A stretch of 64,000 nt of DNA from assembly GCF_044704955.1 (NCBI RefSeq), contig NC_092002.1, positions 11,780,001-11,844,000 of the forward strand. Reading direction: 5' to 3'. Shown piece by piece: positions 49,301 through 62,859 of this stretch; the first letter of the stretch is position 1; each line of letters starts with the position of its first letter. A program made the translations under genes and the position numbers. The notes beneath the pieces were generated by a model. That model did no database searches. It was not told the DNA's origin and saw only the letters and a list, made by a program, of their open reading frames with translations. This DNA is from Pristiophorus japonicus. Its lineage: Eukaryota.

Positions 49301-49972
49301 GGTGCAACAGGTAATCAGGAAGGCGAATGGAATGTTGGCCTTCATTGCGAGAGGGATGGAGTACAAAATTGGGAGGTCCTTCTGCAACTGTACAGGGTAT
49401 TGGTGAGGCCGCACCTGGAGTACTGCGTGCAGTTTTGGTCACCTTACTTAAGGAAGGATATACTAGCTTTGGACGGGGTACAGAGACGATTCACTAGGCT
49501 GATTCCGGAGATGAGCGGGTTACCTTATGATGATAGATTGAGTAGACTGGGTCTTTACTCGGAGTTCAGAAGGATGAGGGGTGATCTTATAGAAACATTT
49601 AAAATAATGAAAGGGATGAGAAGATAGAGGCAGAGAGGTTGTTTCCACTGGTCGGGGAGACTAGAACTAGGGGGCACAGCCTCAAAATACGGGGAAGCCA
49701 ATTTAAAACCGAGTTGAGAAGGAATTTCTTCTCCCAGAGGGTTGTGAATCTGTGGAATCCTCTGCCCAAGGAAGCAGTTGAGGCTAGCTCATTGAATGTA
49801 TGCAAGTCACAGATAGATAGATTTTTAACCAATAGGGAATTAAGGGTTATAGGGAGCGAGCGGGTAAGTGGAGCTGAGTCCACGGCCAGATCAGCCATGA
49901 TCTTGTTGAATGGCGGAGCAGGCTCGAGGGGCTAGATGGCCTACTCCTGTTCCTAATTCTTATGTTCTTATG
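46375..49972 (+). mobile_element. Relatively young CR1 LINE: end of ORF1 esterase plus near-complete frameshifted ORF2, interrupted by a Tx1-like insertion
   Basis: YKPDGLHL (ORF1); ORFs 46599-47426 (APE) and 47670-48878 (RT, KFADD); (TTCTTATG)n tail. Confidence 0.95.
48955..49266 (-). mobile_element. 5'-truncated Tx1-like (L1 clade) non-LTR element inserted antisense in CR1 ORF2
   Basis: 14-bp TSD TCCTTGTGCATGAA (48941-48954, 49267-49280); ORF end RWAPEGLECIITPGNQILI* resembles Tx1 ORF2 C-termini (recall); A-rich 3'UTR and terminal stem-loop. Confidence 0.75.
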
Positions 49973-50127
49973 AATCAATTCAGTCATGCCTATCCTCCCG
50001 TAGCACATCCGTCAGGCTCAATTTTCCCTCCTGAGGTGTCTCTCTGTGCTTGTCTGTACTGCAGCTATGCAATAGATTCACCCCCGCCCCCCGCATCATT
50101 CACATTACTAAGCACCATCCAATTACA

Positions 50128-50310
50128 ACATAGAAACATAGAAAATAGGTGCAGGAGTAGGCCATTCGGCCCCTCGAGCCTGCACCACCACTCAACGAGT
50201 TCATGGCTGAACATGCAACTTCAGTACCCCATTCCTGCTTTCTCGCCATACCCCTTGATCCCCCTAGTAGTAAGGACTACATCTAACTCCTTTTTGAATA
50301 TATTTAGTGA
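50128..50310 (-). mobile_element. Short CR1 3' end
   Basis: Near-identical to 3054-3240. Confidence 0.85.
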
Positions 50311-50648
50311 AGAGGCCATCGCCTGTCCCTTCGGCAGAGCTGGACGAGAGAGATAAACGAGGCAGTGCAGGCGGCTCCAATTTCCTGCCTCCGAGTGCAA
50401 CACACCCCCGGCAACCAAGATAATTAGTTTCTTGCCGCTGGAAACTTCATTTAACGAAGCGATGCCGCAACATAAAGGGGCACGAGTGGCCATACAGCAG
50501 CAGAAAACCCCTCCTCGGGGACAATCCTCAATTATTCTGCAGCTTTGTGCTTGAGAACCCGTCAGGTCGATTAACCTGCTCGCAGCCTGACTCACAGACG
50601 GCTGACCGACAAGTGCAACATCGCGCCACCCCCCACCAAAAACTCAAT

Positions 50649-51468
50649 GGCCCAGAAATCCCGGTCGGCTGCTTCCCGCGGGCTATCGGGTTTAAAAAAA
50701 ACTTTCCAAAAGATGTGCGCCCACCTGCTCCTGCTGCACCCACGCGAGTTCCCGGTCCTGAGGCCTCCACTGACGTGCACGCGCTGCGACGCACAGTCAG
50801 GACATGCGCAGGGCTGGAGCTGCAGTCACATGGCTCTGGGCAGCCAATCAGGGTACAGTATGTTCTCATTCGTAATAATGGGAACTCCGTAAGTTGGAAA
50901 ACCCTTTATTCTGAATGAGAAACAGCCGCCCCCCACTCCAAACACACAAAACTCCAATAAAAAATAGAAAAATACACCACATATTTTTATTAATTTAAAA
51001 TTAAAGTTACTTATGGATTGTAAAAGATATATTTTTCTGATTTTTTAAAAGTTTAAAAAAAATTATGGTGTAAAATAAACATACCGGAGTAGGGAGGGTT
51101 TTAAAACAATAAAATGTGTTTTTATAATTTTATTTTAAAATTGTTTGTGTATTTTAAAACTCTTCCGCCTGTAACAGTCGGCTATACGCCTGCTTTTATC
51201 AGGCACAAGAGTTTTGAGAATATCCGCTGGGCAAGATATGGGTAAATCCCGCAATCTTGGCCGTGCGAATGTCCTCGCTCCCGAGATACGGAGGATCTGT
51301 AGAGCTCCAGCCTGACAGATCGGAAAAGCCAGTTTTCAGTGCATGCGCATTGTGCGCCAAAAAACGGCTTTTGCGATGCCTCCCCGGGTCCACACGCACC
51401 CTGTACACATTCCATATACACTCCGCACGCACCCCGTACAGACCCAGGGAGGCCGGATTTTCTGGGCC
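50649..51468. mobile_element. MITE / non-autonomous DNA transposon, probably PIF-Harbinger-like
   Basis: TIRs GGCCCAGAAATCCCGG / CCGGATTTTCTGGGCC; 3-bp TSD AAT; AT-rich core. Confidence 0.75.
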
Positions 51469-51715
51469 AATGAAGACTTGCGCGTCCCTGGCCACCCGCC
51501 CTCTCCCCCCGGCGGCCACCCGCCATCTCCCCCCGACACCCCACTTCCCTCCTCTCCCCGGCACCCCACTTCCCTCCCTCCCCCTCCCCCACTTCCCTCC
51601 CTCAAGGACGGGTCACTGAGTTGCGAGGCTACAGCACGCTGCGCTTTGAACCGTAGCTTTCCTGGTTAATACCTCGCCGGTCAGAATCACTACCGACACT
51701 GGACACCGTCCTTAC

Positions 51716-51820
51716 CTGGTGCATGTAGGGAAAGACGAGGAGTCCCAGCTTCTTCCCGACGTAAATGGTGTCGACGGCAAAGTAATATTTCAGTCTGCTC
51801 ACTGGAATAAAGCGATCAAT
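51716..51820 (-). CDS. YIF1B: YIF1B exon 3
   Basis: cag|[35 protein letters not shown]|gtaag. Confidence 0.96.
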
Positions 51821-52806
51821 CTGCAGGAGTCAAGGGAAAAGGTTCAAATCGTTCTCCTCCATGTGGCTATCAAGAGCGGACGGAAGGGAGAGGGAACAGA
51901 AGGTTAAAAAACAACATGCAGACTTGATGTTAAGTACAGTACAGTGTTCTTAGTCAAAGTGTGCGACACTGTTGCTGAGGAATGGAACCTATGCTCAAAC
52001 TCGAAGGAGGTCAAAGTGAAGGACCTCTGCTGTTGGGTCAGTGATGAGGTGTTGGCTCTTTATGTTGCATGCATTAATTACTCGAAGGTGAGATAACCAT
52101 GTTTACGTGCTATCTGTAAAATAACGTAGCTGGTCCATTCATACTCGACCTCCTGTTACCAGCCCGCCGACTGAAAGACAACTGCACACGAGCGTACGTG
52201 TTAAAAGCACACAAGGCTCTCTGTTGTTCTACCCCAAGTTACGCTATCGTAGCATTGGATATCGGGCAGTGTGTGCACACTCGCTCGATCCACGTCGGCG
52301 CTGAAATACTGTCAATAAATCATGAAACTTCGCACCCCCCATTCACGAGTGGCTCTGCCCATTCGCTGGGCTCAGCAGAATTTTCTCAGTCGACAGTCTA
52401 CCAAAGGCTACCTAGCCCCTGTACCCACCTTAAACTCCAGCTCATCCAAAACGCTGCTGCCCCGTGTCCTAACTCGCACCGTCCCGCTCACCCATCATCC
52501 CCTGTGCTCGCTGACTGACACTGGGTCCCGGTCCGGCAACGCCTCCATTTTAAAATTCTAGTTTTCAAATCCCTACATGACTCGGCCCCTCCCTATCTCT
52601 CTAACCTTCTCCAGCCCCTACAACCCTCAGATGTCCGCACCCCTCCAATTCTGACCTCTTGCGCACCCCCCGGTTTTCATCGCTCCACCTTTGCCAGCCG
52701 TGCCTTCAGCTGCCAGGGCCCTGAGCTCTCCGCCTTTCAACCTCTCTCTCCTCCGTTAGGACCTCCTCTGCTTAAAACCTACCGGTTTGACTCAGCTGTC
52801 CCAATA

Positions 52807-55672
52807 TGAGGGGTATTAGTGCACTGAGGGGGGTATTAGTGCACTGAGGGGGGTATTAGTGCACTGAGGGGGGTATTAGTGCACTGAGGGGGGTATTAGT
52901 GCACTGAGGGGGGTATTAGTGCACTGAGGGGGGTATTAGTGCACTGAGGGGGGTATTAGTGCACTGAGGGGGGTATTAGTGCACTGAGGGGGGTATTAGT
53001 GCACTGAGGGGGGTATTAGTGCACTGAGGGGGGTATTAGTGCACTGAGGGGGGTATTAGTGCACTGAGGGAGGTATTAGTGCACTGAGGGGGGTATTAGT
53101 GCACTGAGGGGGGTATTAGCGCACTGAGGGGGGTATTAGCGCACTGAGGGGGGTATTAGCGCACTGAGGGGGGTATTAGCGCACTGAGGGGGGTATTAGC
53201 GCACTGAGGGGGGTATTAGCGCACTGAGGGGGGTATTAGCGCACTGAGGGGGGTATTAGCGCACTGAGGGGGGTATTAGCGCACTGAGGGGGGTATTAGC
53301 GCACTGAGGGGGGTATTAGCGCACTGAGGGGGGTATTAGCGCACTGAGGGGGGTATTAGCGCACTGAGGGGGGTATTAGCGCACTGAGGGGGGTATTAGC
53401 GCACTGAGGGGGGTATTAGCGCACTGAGGGGGGTATTAGCGCACTGAGGGGGGTATTAGCGCACTGAGGGGGGTATTAGCGCACTGAGGGGGGTATTAGC
53501 GCACTGAGGGGGGTATTAGCGCACTGAGGGGGGTATTAACGCACTGAGTGAGGTATTAACGCACTGAGTGAGGTATTAACGCACTGAGTGAGGTATTAAC
53601 GCACTGAGGGGTATTAGTGCACTGAGGGGTATTAGTGCACTGAGGGGTATTAGTGCACTGAGGGGTATTAGTGCACTGAGGGGTATTAGTGCACTGAGGG
53701 GTATTAGTGCACTGAGGGGTATTAGTGCACTGAGGGGTATTAGTGCACTGAGGGGTATTAGTGCACTGAGGGGTATTAGTGCACTGAGGGGTATTAGTGC
53801 ACTGAGGGGTATTAGTGCACTGAGGGGTATTAGTGCACTGAGGGGTATTAGTGCACTGAGGGGTATTAGTGCACTGAGGGGTATTAGTGCACTGAGGGGT
53901 ATTAGTGCACTGAGGGGTATTAGTGCACTGAGGGGTATTAGTGCACTGAGGGGTATTAGTGCACTGAGGGGTATTAGTGCACTGAGGGGTATTAGTGCAC
54001 TGAGGGGTATTAGTGCACTGAGGGGTATTAGTGCACTGAGGGGTATTAGTGCACTGAGGGGATTAGTGCACTGAGGGGGATTAGTGCACTGAGGGGTATT
54101 AGTGCACTGAGGGGTATTAGTGCACTGAGGGGTATTAGTGCACTGAGGGGTATTAGTGCACTGAGGGGTATTAGTGCACTGAGGGGTATTAGTGCACTGA
54201 GGGGTATTAGTGCACTGAGGGGTATTAGTGCACTGAGGGGTATTAGTGCACTGAGGTGGGTATTAGTTCACTGAGGTGGGTATTAGTTCACTGAGGGGGG
54301 TATTAGTTCACTGAGGGGGGTATTAGTTCACTGAGGGGGGTATTAGTTCACTGAGGGGGGTATTAGTTCACTGAGGGGGGTATTAGTTCACTGAGGGGGG
54401 TATTAGTTCACTGAGGGGGGTATTAGTTCACTGAGGGGGGTATTAGTTCACTGAGGGGGGTATTAGTTCACTGAGGGGGGTATTAGTTCACTGAGGGGGG
54501 TATTAGTTCACTGAGGGGGGTATTAGTTCACTGAGGGGGGTATTAGTTCACTGAGGGGGGTATTAGTTCACTGAGGGGGGGATTAGTTCACTGAGGGGGG
54601 GATTAGTTCACTGAGGGGGGGATTAGTGCACTGAGGGGGATTAGTGCACTGAGGGGGATTAGTGCACTGAGGGGGATTAGTGCACTGAGGGGGATTAGTG
54701 CACTGAGGGGGGTATTAGTGCACTGAGGGGGGTATTAGTGCACTGAGGGGGGTATTAGTGCACTGAGGGGGGTATTAGTGCACTGAGGGGGGTATTAGTG
54801 CACTGAGGGGGGTATTAGTGCACTGAGGGGGGTATTAGTGCACTGAGGGGGGTATTAGTGCACTGAGGGGGGTATTAGTGCACTGAGGGGGGTATTAGTG
54901 CACTGAGTGAGGTATTAATGCACTGAGTAGGGTATTAGTGCACTGAGTAGGGTATTAGTGCACTGAGGGGTATTAGTGCACTGAGGAGGGTATCAGTACA
55001 ATGAGGGAGGTATTAGTACACTGAGGGAGGTATTCGTGCACTGAGGGGGATATTAGTGCATTGAGGGGGTATTAGTGCACTGAGGGAGGTATTAGTGCAC
55101 TGAGTGGGGTATTAGTGCACTGAGGGGTATTAGTGCACCTTGGGGGTATTAGTGCACTGAGGGGGGTATTAGTGCACTGAGGGGGGTATTAGTGCACTGA
55201 GGGGGGTATTAGTGCACTGAGGGGGGCATTAGTGCACTGAGGGGGGCATTAGTGCACTGAGGGGGATTAGTGCACTGAGGGGGATTAGTGCACTGAGGGG
55301 GTATTAGTGCACTGAGGGGAGTATTAGTGCACTGAGGGGTATTAGTGCACTGAGGGGGATATTAGTGCACTGAAGGGTATTAGTGCACCGAGATGTATTA
55401 GTGCACTGAGGGGGGTATTAGAGCACTGAGGGGTATCAGTGCACTGAGTGGGTATTAATGCACTGAGGGGTATTAGTGCACTGAGGGAGGTATTAGTGCA
55501 CTGAGGGGTATTAGTGCACTGAGGGGTATTAGTGCACTGAGGGGTATTAGTGCACTGAGGGGTATTAGTGCACTGAGAGGGTATTAATGCACTGAGGGGG
55601 TTATTAGTGCACTGAGGGTTATTCGTGCACTGAGAGGTATTAGTGCACTGAGAGGTATTAGTGCACTGAGAG
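52807..55672. repeat. 2.9-kb minisatellite, 18-20 bp unit GTATTAGTGCACTGAGGG(GG)
   Basis: Roughly 150 direct units arranged in homogeneous variant blocks. Confidence 0.97.
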
Positions 55673-56364
55673 GCAGCTCGGTATCAAATGTGGCTTGATA
55701 ATCGCTCCTGTGGAGCGCCTTGGGAGGATTTACTGCGTTAAAAGGCGCTATATAAATATATATACACCAGTTGTTGTTGCCGTTGTAAGCAGCTCACATG
55801 AATTGAAGGCGGGTCGAGACAAGGAACGACAAACGGTCAACAGGTGCCGGGGATAAACGGGTCGGCTGACGGGGTTAGTGAGATCATGTGATGTTTTGGT
55901 GTGCTGAGCACGTGTGGTCCAGGAACCAATCGGTAAAGAAAGAAAAAAAAGACCTGCATTTATATAGCGCCTTTCACGACCACTGGACGTCTCAAAGCGC
56001 TTTACAGCCAATGAAGTACTTTTGGGGTGTAGTCACTGTTGCATTGTGAGAAACGTGGCAGCCAATTTGCGCACAGCAAGCTCCCACAAACAGCAATGTG
56101 ATAATGACCAAATCATCTTGTTTTTTTTTGTGATGTTGATTGAGGGATAAATATTGGCCGGGGAGAACTCCCCTGCTCGTCTTCAAAATCGTGCCGTGGG
56201 ATCTTTTACATCCAACTGAGAGAGCAGACGGGGCCTCGGTTTAACGTCTCATCCGAAAGACGGCACCTCCGACAGTGCGGCACCCCCTCAGCACTGCACT
56301 GGGAGTGTCAGCATAGATTTTTGTGCTCCAGTCTCTGGAGTGGGACTTGAACCCACAACCTTCG

Positions 56365-56399
<35 letters not shown>

Positions 56400-56513
56400 G
56401 CCGACACTCCGGATAGGGACAGACCCCTGTGCCGTGCGGAGAACGGCCTATCCCTAATTCCCCGATCCTGCCCCCCCCTCCCTCCCTCCCTCCCCCCCCC
56501 GTCGGACTCTTAC

Positions 56514-56746
56514 ATTCTGGCCGACGATGCTCTTCCCCTGACTCGCCAAGCTGCTCCCGTACGCCATTGCCAGGTTGGACATCATGGGGTCGCTGAGGAT
56601 GCCGGGTCTGGCGAGGCCAAAGCTCGCTGCGGAGCCCTCGTATCCCGGTCCCGACGGCGGAACCTCCATATTCCCGCTGGTGTCTTCAAAGAGGTGGCTG
56701 GGGTGTCCCAGGGAGTGCGTTGACCCCCTCGTTCTCACCTTGGCAG
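56514..56746 (-). CDS. YIF1B: YIF1B exon 2
   Basis: cag|(P)AKVRTRG...HLFEDTSG...LSDPMMSNLAMAYGSSLASQGKSIVGQN|gtaag. Confidence 0.94.
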
Positions 56747-56768
56747 CTGAAATTGAGAGGGAGAGAAG

Positions 56769-57178
56769 AAAGAACATAAGAAATAGGAGCAGGAGTCGGC
56801 CATTCAGCCCCTCGAGCCTGCTCCGCCATTCAATAAGATCATGGCTGATCTGATCTTGGGCTCAGCTCCACTTCCCTGCCCGCTCCCCATAACTCTTCAC
56901 TCCCTTATTGTTCAAAAATCTGTCTATCTCCACCTTAAATATATTCAATGAGAGAGTTCCAAAGATTCACGACCCTCAGAGAAGAAATTCCTCATCTTCG
57001 TTTTAAATGGGCGACCCCTTATTCTGAAACTATGCCCCCTAGTTCTAGATTCTCCCACGAGGGGAAACACCCTCTCTGCATCTACCCTCAGTATCTTATA
57101 TGTTTCAATAAGATCACCTCTCATTCTTCTAAACTCCAATGAGTACAGGCCCAACCTGCTCAACCTTCCTTCATAAGT
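56769..57178 (-). mobile_element. CR1 3' fragment abutting the YIF1B exon 2 acceptor
   Basis: LGLYSLEFRRMRGDLIETYKIL; tail ends about 22 nt before the AG. Confidence 0.88.
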
Positions 57179-58399
57179 TGGCCATTGTTGTAACCGAGCT
57201 ACGTATCTCAACCCTCGCCACCAATTTCAATCCTTCCGCGTCCCTCCTAAGCTGAATAAATAAAGTGTAAAGTTGTGTAGATGGGTTCATACTCGATGGT
57301 ACATTCTCATGCCCCATTCCCACCAGAAACTCAGAAACTGGGAATGAATTCCAGACATTCCGAAACGTGTGTAAAACACTGACATTCATCAGCTCCTGCC
57401 ACTGATTCCAGAGCAAAACAACCAACAAAGGATGAGTGCAGCTCCAACAACACAAGCTCGACACCATCCAGGACAAAGCAGCCTGCTTGATCGGCACGCT
57501 ACCCACCACCTTCAATATTCACTCCCTCCACCACCGGCACACCGTGGCTGCAGTGTGCACCATCTACAAGACACACTGCAGCAACTCGCCAAGGCTTCTT
57601 CGGCAGCACCTCCCAAACCCGCGACCTCTACCACCTAGAAGAACAAGGGCAGCAGGCGCATGGGAACACCACCACCTCCACGTTCCCCTCCCAGTCACAC
57701 ACCATCCTGACTTGTAAATATATCGGCCGTTCCTTCATCGTCGTTGGGTCAAAATCCTGGAACTCCCTCCCTAACAGCACTGTGGGAGCACCTTCACCAC
57801 ACGGACTGCAGCGGTTCAAGAAGGCGGCTCACCACCACCTTCTCAAGGGGCAATTAGGGACGGGCAATAAATGCCGGCCTTGCCAGCGACGCCCACATCC
57901 TGTGAATGAACAATAAAAGGAACTGTTTTGTCTGAGTGTGCATAAAAGTGCAGTAAGTCAGCAAGAGGCGAGATTGCACTAGAATTTTACTTCTAAATTG
58001 GGGCAAGTCAGCGTATATGTAGTTAAATCTGGGTTTCCTAAACACTTGCTGTCACAGGCAGACAAGAGTGAGAGAGGACTGGCAGTGGGTGAGAATCCAT
58101 CGGGGGGGGGGGGGGGGGGGGGTGGAGGAGGAGGAGGAGGAGTGCGTAGGGTGTGCAGTGGTTCCCTCGAGGGCCCTACCTTGGTAAATATGTTTTTAAT
58201 GCTGAATCCTTGTTCCCGATGCCTCAGGGAAGGGCATACATAAGAAATACCACAGCGCCGGGGGGGGGGGGGGGGGGGGGGAAAGGCTGCCCCAAGAGAA
58301 TGCAGGATAGTGAGAGATTCAGGAGATGGGGGAAGACAGGAGAGAGGTGGAGACACTCTCGAGAGCCCTGAATGATGTGTTGTCTCCTGGGTTACCGAG

Positions 58400-58790
58400 T
58401 CTACAGCACAGAAACAGACCATTTGGCCCAATGGGTCTCTGGCGGTGTTTATTCTCCATACAAGCTTCCTCCCACTCTTCTGCATCTAACCCGATCTGTA
58501 TTTCCTGTTCCTTTCTCCCTCACGTGTTTATTCCAGCTTCCTGCATCTATATTATTCGCCTCAACTACTCCAACCACATCGAGTTCACATTCTCACCACT
58601 CTCTGGGTAAAGAAGTTTCTCCTGAATTCTCCATTGGATTTATCAGTGACTGTCTTATATTGATGCGCCCTAGTTCTGGTCTTCCCCACAAGTGGAAACA
58701 TCTTCTCTACGTCTACCCTACTGAACCCCTTTCACAGTTTTGAAGACTTTGATGAGGTCATCCCTCAGCTTTCTCGTTTCTAGAAAAGGT
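58400..58790 (-). mobile_element. Degraded CR1 3' fragment
   Basis: Similar to the 11500-11850 family. Confidence 0.6.
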
Positions 58791-58959
58791 GTAGGGAAGG
58801 GACTTCTGTAACGAAGTGCAGAAGCTCCGGGGCGAGGGAGGGGTGCAGAGAGTGCAGGTGCAGTTCACGTCAAAAGTCAGCAACATAGGGAATACTTTGC
58901 AGACCCTGCAAAGAGTCCCAGGAGTTAGATCAAAAAGAACAACCTAAAGAAGGTAGTAA

Positions 58960-60070
58960 AAACAGAAGATGCTGCATATACTCAGGAGGTCAGGCAGCAT
59001 TTGTGGCGAGAGAAACATAAAAACATAGAAAATAGGTGCAGGAGTAGGCCACTCGGCCCTTCGAGCCTGCACGGCCATTCAATAAGATCATGGCTGATCA
59101 TTCACTTCAGTGCCGCTTTCCTGCTTTCTCTCCATACCCCTTGATCCCTTTAGCCGTAAGGGCCATATCCAACTCCCTTTTGAATATATCTAACGAACTG
59201 GCCTCAACAACTCTCTGTGGTAGAGAATTCCACAATTCTCTGAGTGAAGAAGTTTCTCCTCATCAAGGCTTACCCCTTATTCTTAGACTGTGTCCTCTGG
59301 TTCTGGACTTCCCCAATATCGGGAACATTCTTCCTGCATCTAACCTGTCCAATCCGGTCAGTATTTTATATGTTCCTATGAGATCCCCTCTCATTCTTCT
59401 AAACTCCAGGCCCAGTCGATCCAGTCTCTCCTCATATGTCAGTCCTGCCATCCCGGGAATCAGTCTGGTGAACCTTCGCTGCACTCCCTCAACAGCAAGA
59501 ATGTCCTTCCTCAGATTAGAAACAAGGGTTAACGTTTCAGGTCGATGTCCCTTCGTCAGGACTGGAAAAAGTTCGAGATGTAACAGGTTTTTAAGCAAGT
59601 ATAAGGGGCAGGGCAAAGAGTGAGGGGAGGAAAGAACTAAAGGGAAGGTCTGTGATAGGGTGGGAGGCAGGAGAGATGAGAGAGACAAAAGGGGATGATT
59701 GTACAAGGCAAAAGGAGATGGTAATGGGACAAGTTAAGAAACAAAAGATGAGTCTAGAGAGGGTGTAAATGGAGATAGCAGAATTAACAGCTGCCTTGGG
59801 AAAGAGAAAAAAAAACAGAAAAGAAAGAAATTGTCGAACTCGATGTCCAGAAGGCTATAAAGTGTTTAAACGAAAAATGAGCTTCATCGGAACAGTGCAA
59901 GAGGCCGCGAGAACCTATTGCATCTCGAACTTTTTCCAGTTCTGACGAAGGGTCATCGATTTAAAACGTTAACCGTTTCTCTCTCCTGTTTTTCTCTGCC
60001 TGACCTGCTGAGGATTTTCAACATTTTCTGTTTTTATTTCAGATTGCAGCGTCCGCAGTATTTTGCTTTT
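58960..60070. mobile_element. Penelope-like fragment with inverted terminal duplication, interrupted by CR1 (about 59018-59517, -)
   Basis: 59520-59580 is inverted at 59920-59985; CR1 flanked by AGAAACA direct repeat. Confidence 0.7.
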
Positions 60071-61474
60071 CTAAAAAAAAAGGTAGTAATGTCAAGATTA
60101 CTATGATCGCCATGCAGTAATCAGAACGGAACAGAACCAGCCAGAACAGCATGGTGCATGGGGAAAGGCGCAGATTCCTTGGGCAGTGGGAACTGAATTG
60201 TGGTAAAAGGGTGAAACTTGAGAAATAAGGACCGTTTCCGCTACAGCTGAGGTGGTTAAGGGGTAACCTGACAGAGGTCAAGATTGCCAACACAGCAAGA
60301 GGGGAAATGACCCCTCCCCCTGACTCAGGAGGTCATGGGCCCCATCTTGGAGTCTTGGGTCTCTTACAGCGCAGTACCGAGGGAACACCGCACTGTCGGA
60401 GATTGAGCCTTTCCAATGAGACGTTAAACCGAGGCCCCGTTGCCCCCTCAGGTGGACGCAAAAACGATCCCATGGCACTGTTTAAAGAAGAGCAGGGAGT
60501 TCGCCCCTGTGCCCTGGCCAACATTTGCCCTTCAACCAACATCACAGAAACAGAATATGTGGACAGTTCTCTCATTGATAATTTGTCAATCATCTAAAGT
60601 ACTGTTTGTGGGACCGGGCTGTGTGCTAATTAGCTGATGGGCATGACGTGCATAATGATTGCACTTCAAAAAATAATTCACTGGCTGTGAAGTGCTTTGG
60701 GGCATCCTGAGGACATTAAAGATGCTGCATAAACAGAATCCCGTTCTTTCTATATTCACACAAAATGGCTGCTATATCGGACCAAAGCACTGAACAAGGA
60801 ACCCTTTTACCATTGCGATATGCACCAGAAAGGCTGTGGGATATCACCGGGAGCTCCCAATCTCTTCAAACCCACAGCAAACCCTCATGCCGACCGTCTA
60901 TGAGAAGAAAAACTTGCCTTTCTATAGCGCCTTTCACAACCTCAGGACGTTCCAAAGCGCTGTACAGCCAAGGAAGTATTTTTGAAGTGAAGTTACTGTT
61001 GTAATGTAGAAAACACAGGCAGCCACAGCAAGCTCCCACAAACAGCATTGTGATAATAACCAGATAATCTGTTTTTGTTATGTCGATTGAGGAATAAATA
61101 TTAGCCCCAGGACACATGGAAAACTCTCCTGCTCTTCTTCGAAATAGTGCCATGGGATCTTTTACACCCACCTGAGAGAGCAGACGAGGCCTCGGTTTAA
61201 CATCTCATCCGAAAGACGGCACCTCCGGCAGTGCAGAACTCCCTCAGCACTGCACTGGGAGCGTCAGCCTAGATTATGTGCTCAAGTCTCTGGAGTGGGA
61301 CTTGAACCCACAATCTTCAGATCAGAGACGGGGTGCTGCCCACTGAACCACGGCTGAACCTATGTCACTCGAGCTAAAGAAATTCCAAGATTATGTCAGT
61401 ACTGCTCCAATGCATTTCATGAACAAAGCCTGTAAAAATTTTTAAAACTCAAACCCTAGAAAATCTCGTGCTCT

Positions 61475-61880
61475 ATTTCCCCTGCCCTAATCAAACCCTT
61501 TGTCCTCCTCTGCTGAGTTCTAAATTTCTCCCAGTCCCCAGATTCACTGCTATTTCTGGCCAATTTGTATGCCACTTCCTAGAACTAGAGGGCACGATCT
61601 TAGAATAAGGGGCCGCCCATTTAAAACTGAGACAAGGATGAATTTCTTCTCTCAGAGGGTTGTAAATCTGTGGAATTCGCTGCCTCAGAGAGCTGTGGAA
61701 GCTGGGACATTGAATAAATTTAAGACAGTTTCTTGAGCGATAAGGGGATAATGGGTTATGGGGAGCGGGCAGGGAAGTGGAGCTGAGTCCATGATCAGAT
61801 CAGCCATGATCATATTAAATGGTGGAGCAGGCTCGAGGGGCCGTATGGCCGACTCCTGCTCCTATTTCTTATGTTCTTTG
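61475..61880. mobile_element. CR1 3' end (+, 61578-61880) preceded by an inverted internal CR1 piece
   Basis: 61475-61580 matches 4925-5028. Confidence 0.7.
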
Positions 61881-62859
61881 AGAGAGAGCACGGGAAGTGA
61901 GTTTCAGCAAGGTATTCAACTATCTAGAGCAGCACTGCAGTCAGTGCTGACGGTTTCATAAACCAGCCATTGAATTTCACAGAAATCTCTTTTCATGGCA
62001 CACTTAAACATCACAAATTCATATCATCTTCTGTCCGACTTCACACAAGATTTGGTTATGCATTTAAACTCAATGGTTACCTATTTTTATCGGTTTGTTT
62101 ATATAGAAAGACTTGCATTTCTACACCGTCCTTCCTTACCTCAGGATGTCTCAATGAATTACTTTGGAAGTGAGGACATTGCTGTAATGACAGAAAAGCA
62201 GCAGCCAATTTGCGCACTGACATTGGATGAGGGATAAATATTAGCAAGGTCACTGGGAAACTCCCTTGCACTTTGTACAGCGCTGTGGGATCTTTTACGT
62301 CCACCTGAGAGAGCAGACGAAGCCTCGTTTAACGTCTCACCCAAAAGACGGCACTCCCTCAGCACTGCGTTGGAGTGTCAGGATTGATTTTTGTGTTCAA
62401 GTCCCTGGCATGGGGCTTCAAACTACAACCTTCTGACTCGGGCGAAAGTGCTACCAACTGGGCCACACCATTGAAGATTATTCAACTTCAGTGAAGATAA
62501 ACTTTAACCTGGCAGGGTAGGGGGAGGGGGGAGTGAGAGGTGTTCATCCATCCTGCAGCTGTCCCTGAAATTTGGGGATGAGCCTTGGTGTAAAAGGTCA
62601 GGAATGTAGTTCCCAAGAAATGAGGCACAGTGATCTGCCCCGCGGGCACGTGGCTCAAATAACTGGCTTGCACTCGAACCTTTCCCTCAAACTGAAGGGT
62701 CCCTGTGGTAACACACCTCCGCTCTTGCATTGGGGGAATCCCTGGGGTAACCCATTCAACCCCTCAAATCTGGGGGTGGGAGGTGTGCAGTCTGGCATTG
62801 CCCATTCTCCCCTCACATCTGGGGTGCGGGGGGGGGGGGGGGGGGGGAGATCTGGGATA

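Noticed and set aside
52807-55672. CRISPR array (also considered for 1-1003, 7057-7439, 31073-32540)
   Set aside because: Units are contiguous with no unique spacers, there are no cas genes, and the context is a vertebrate intron
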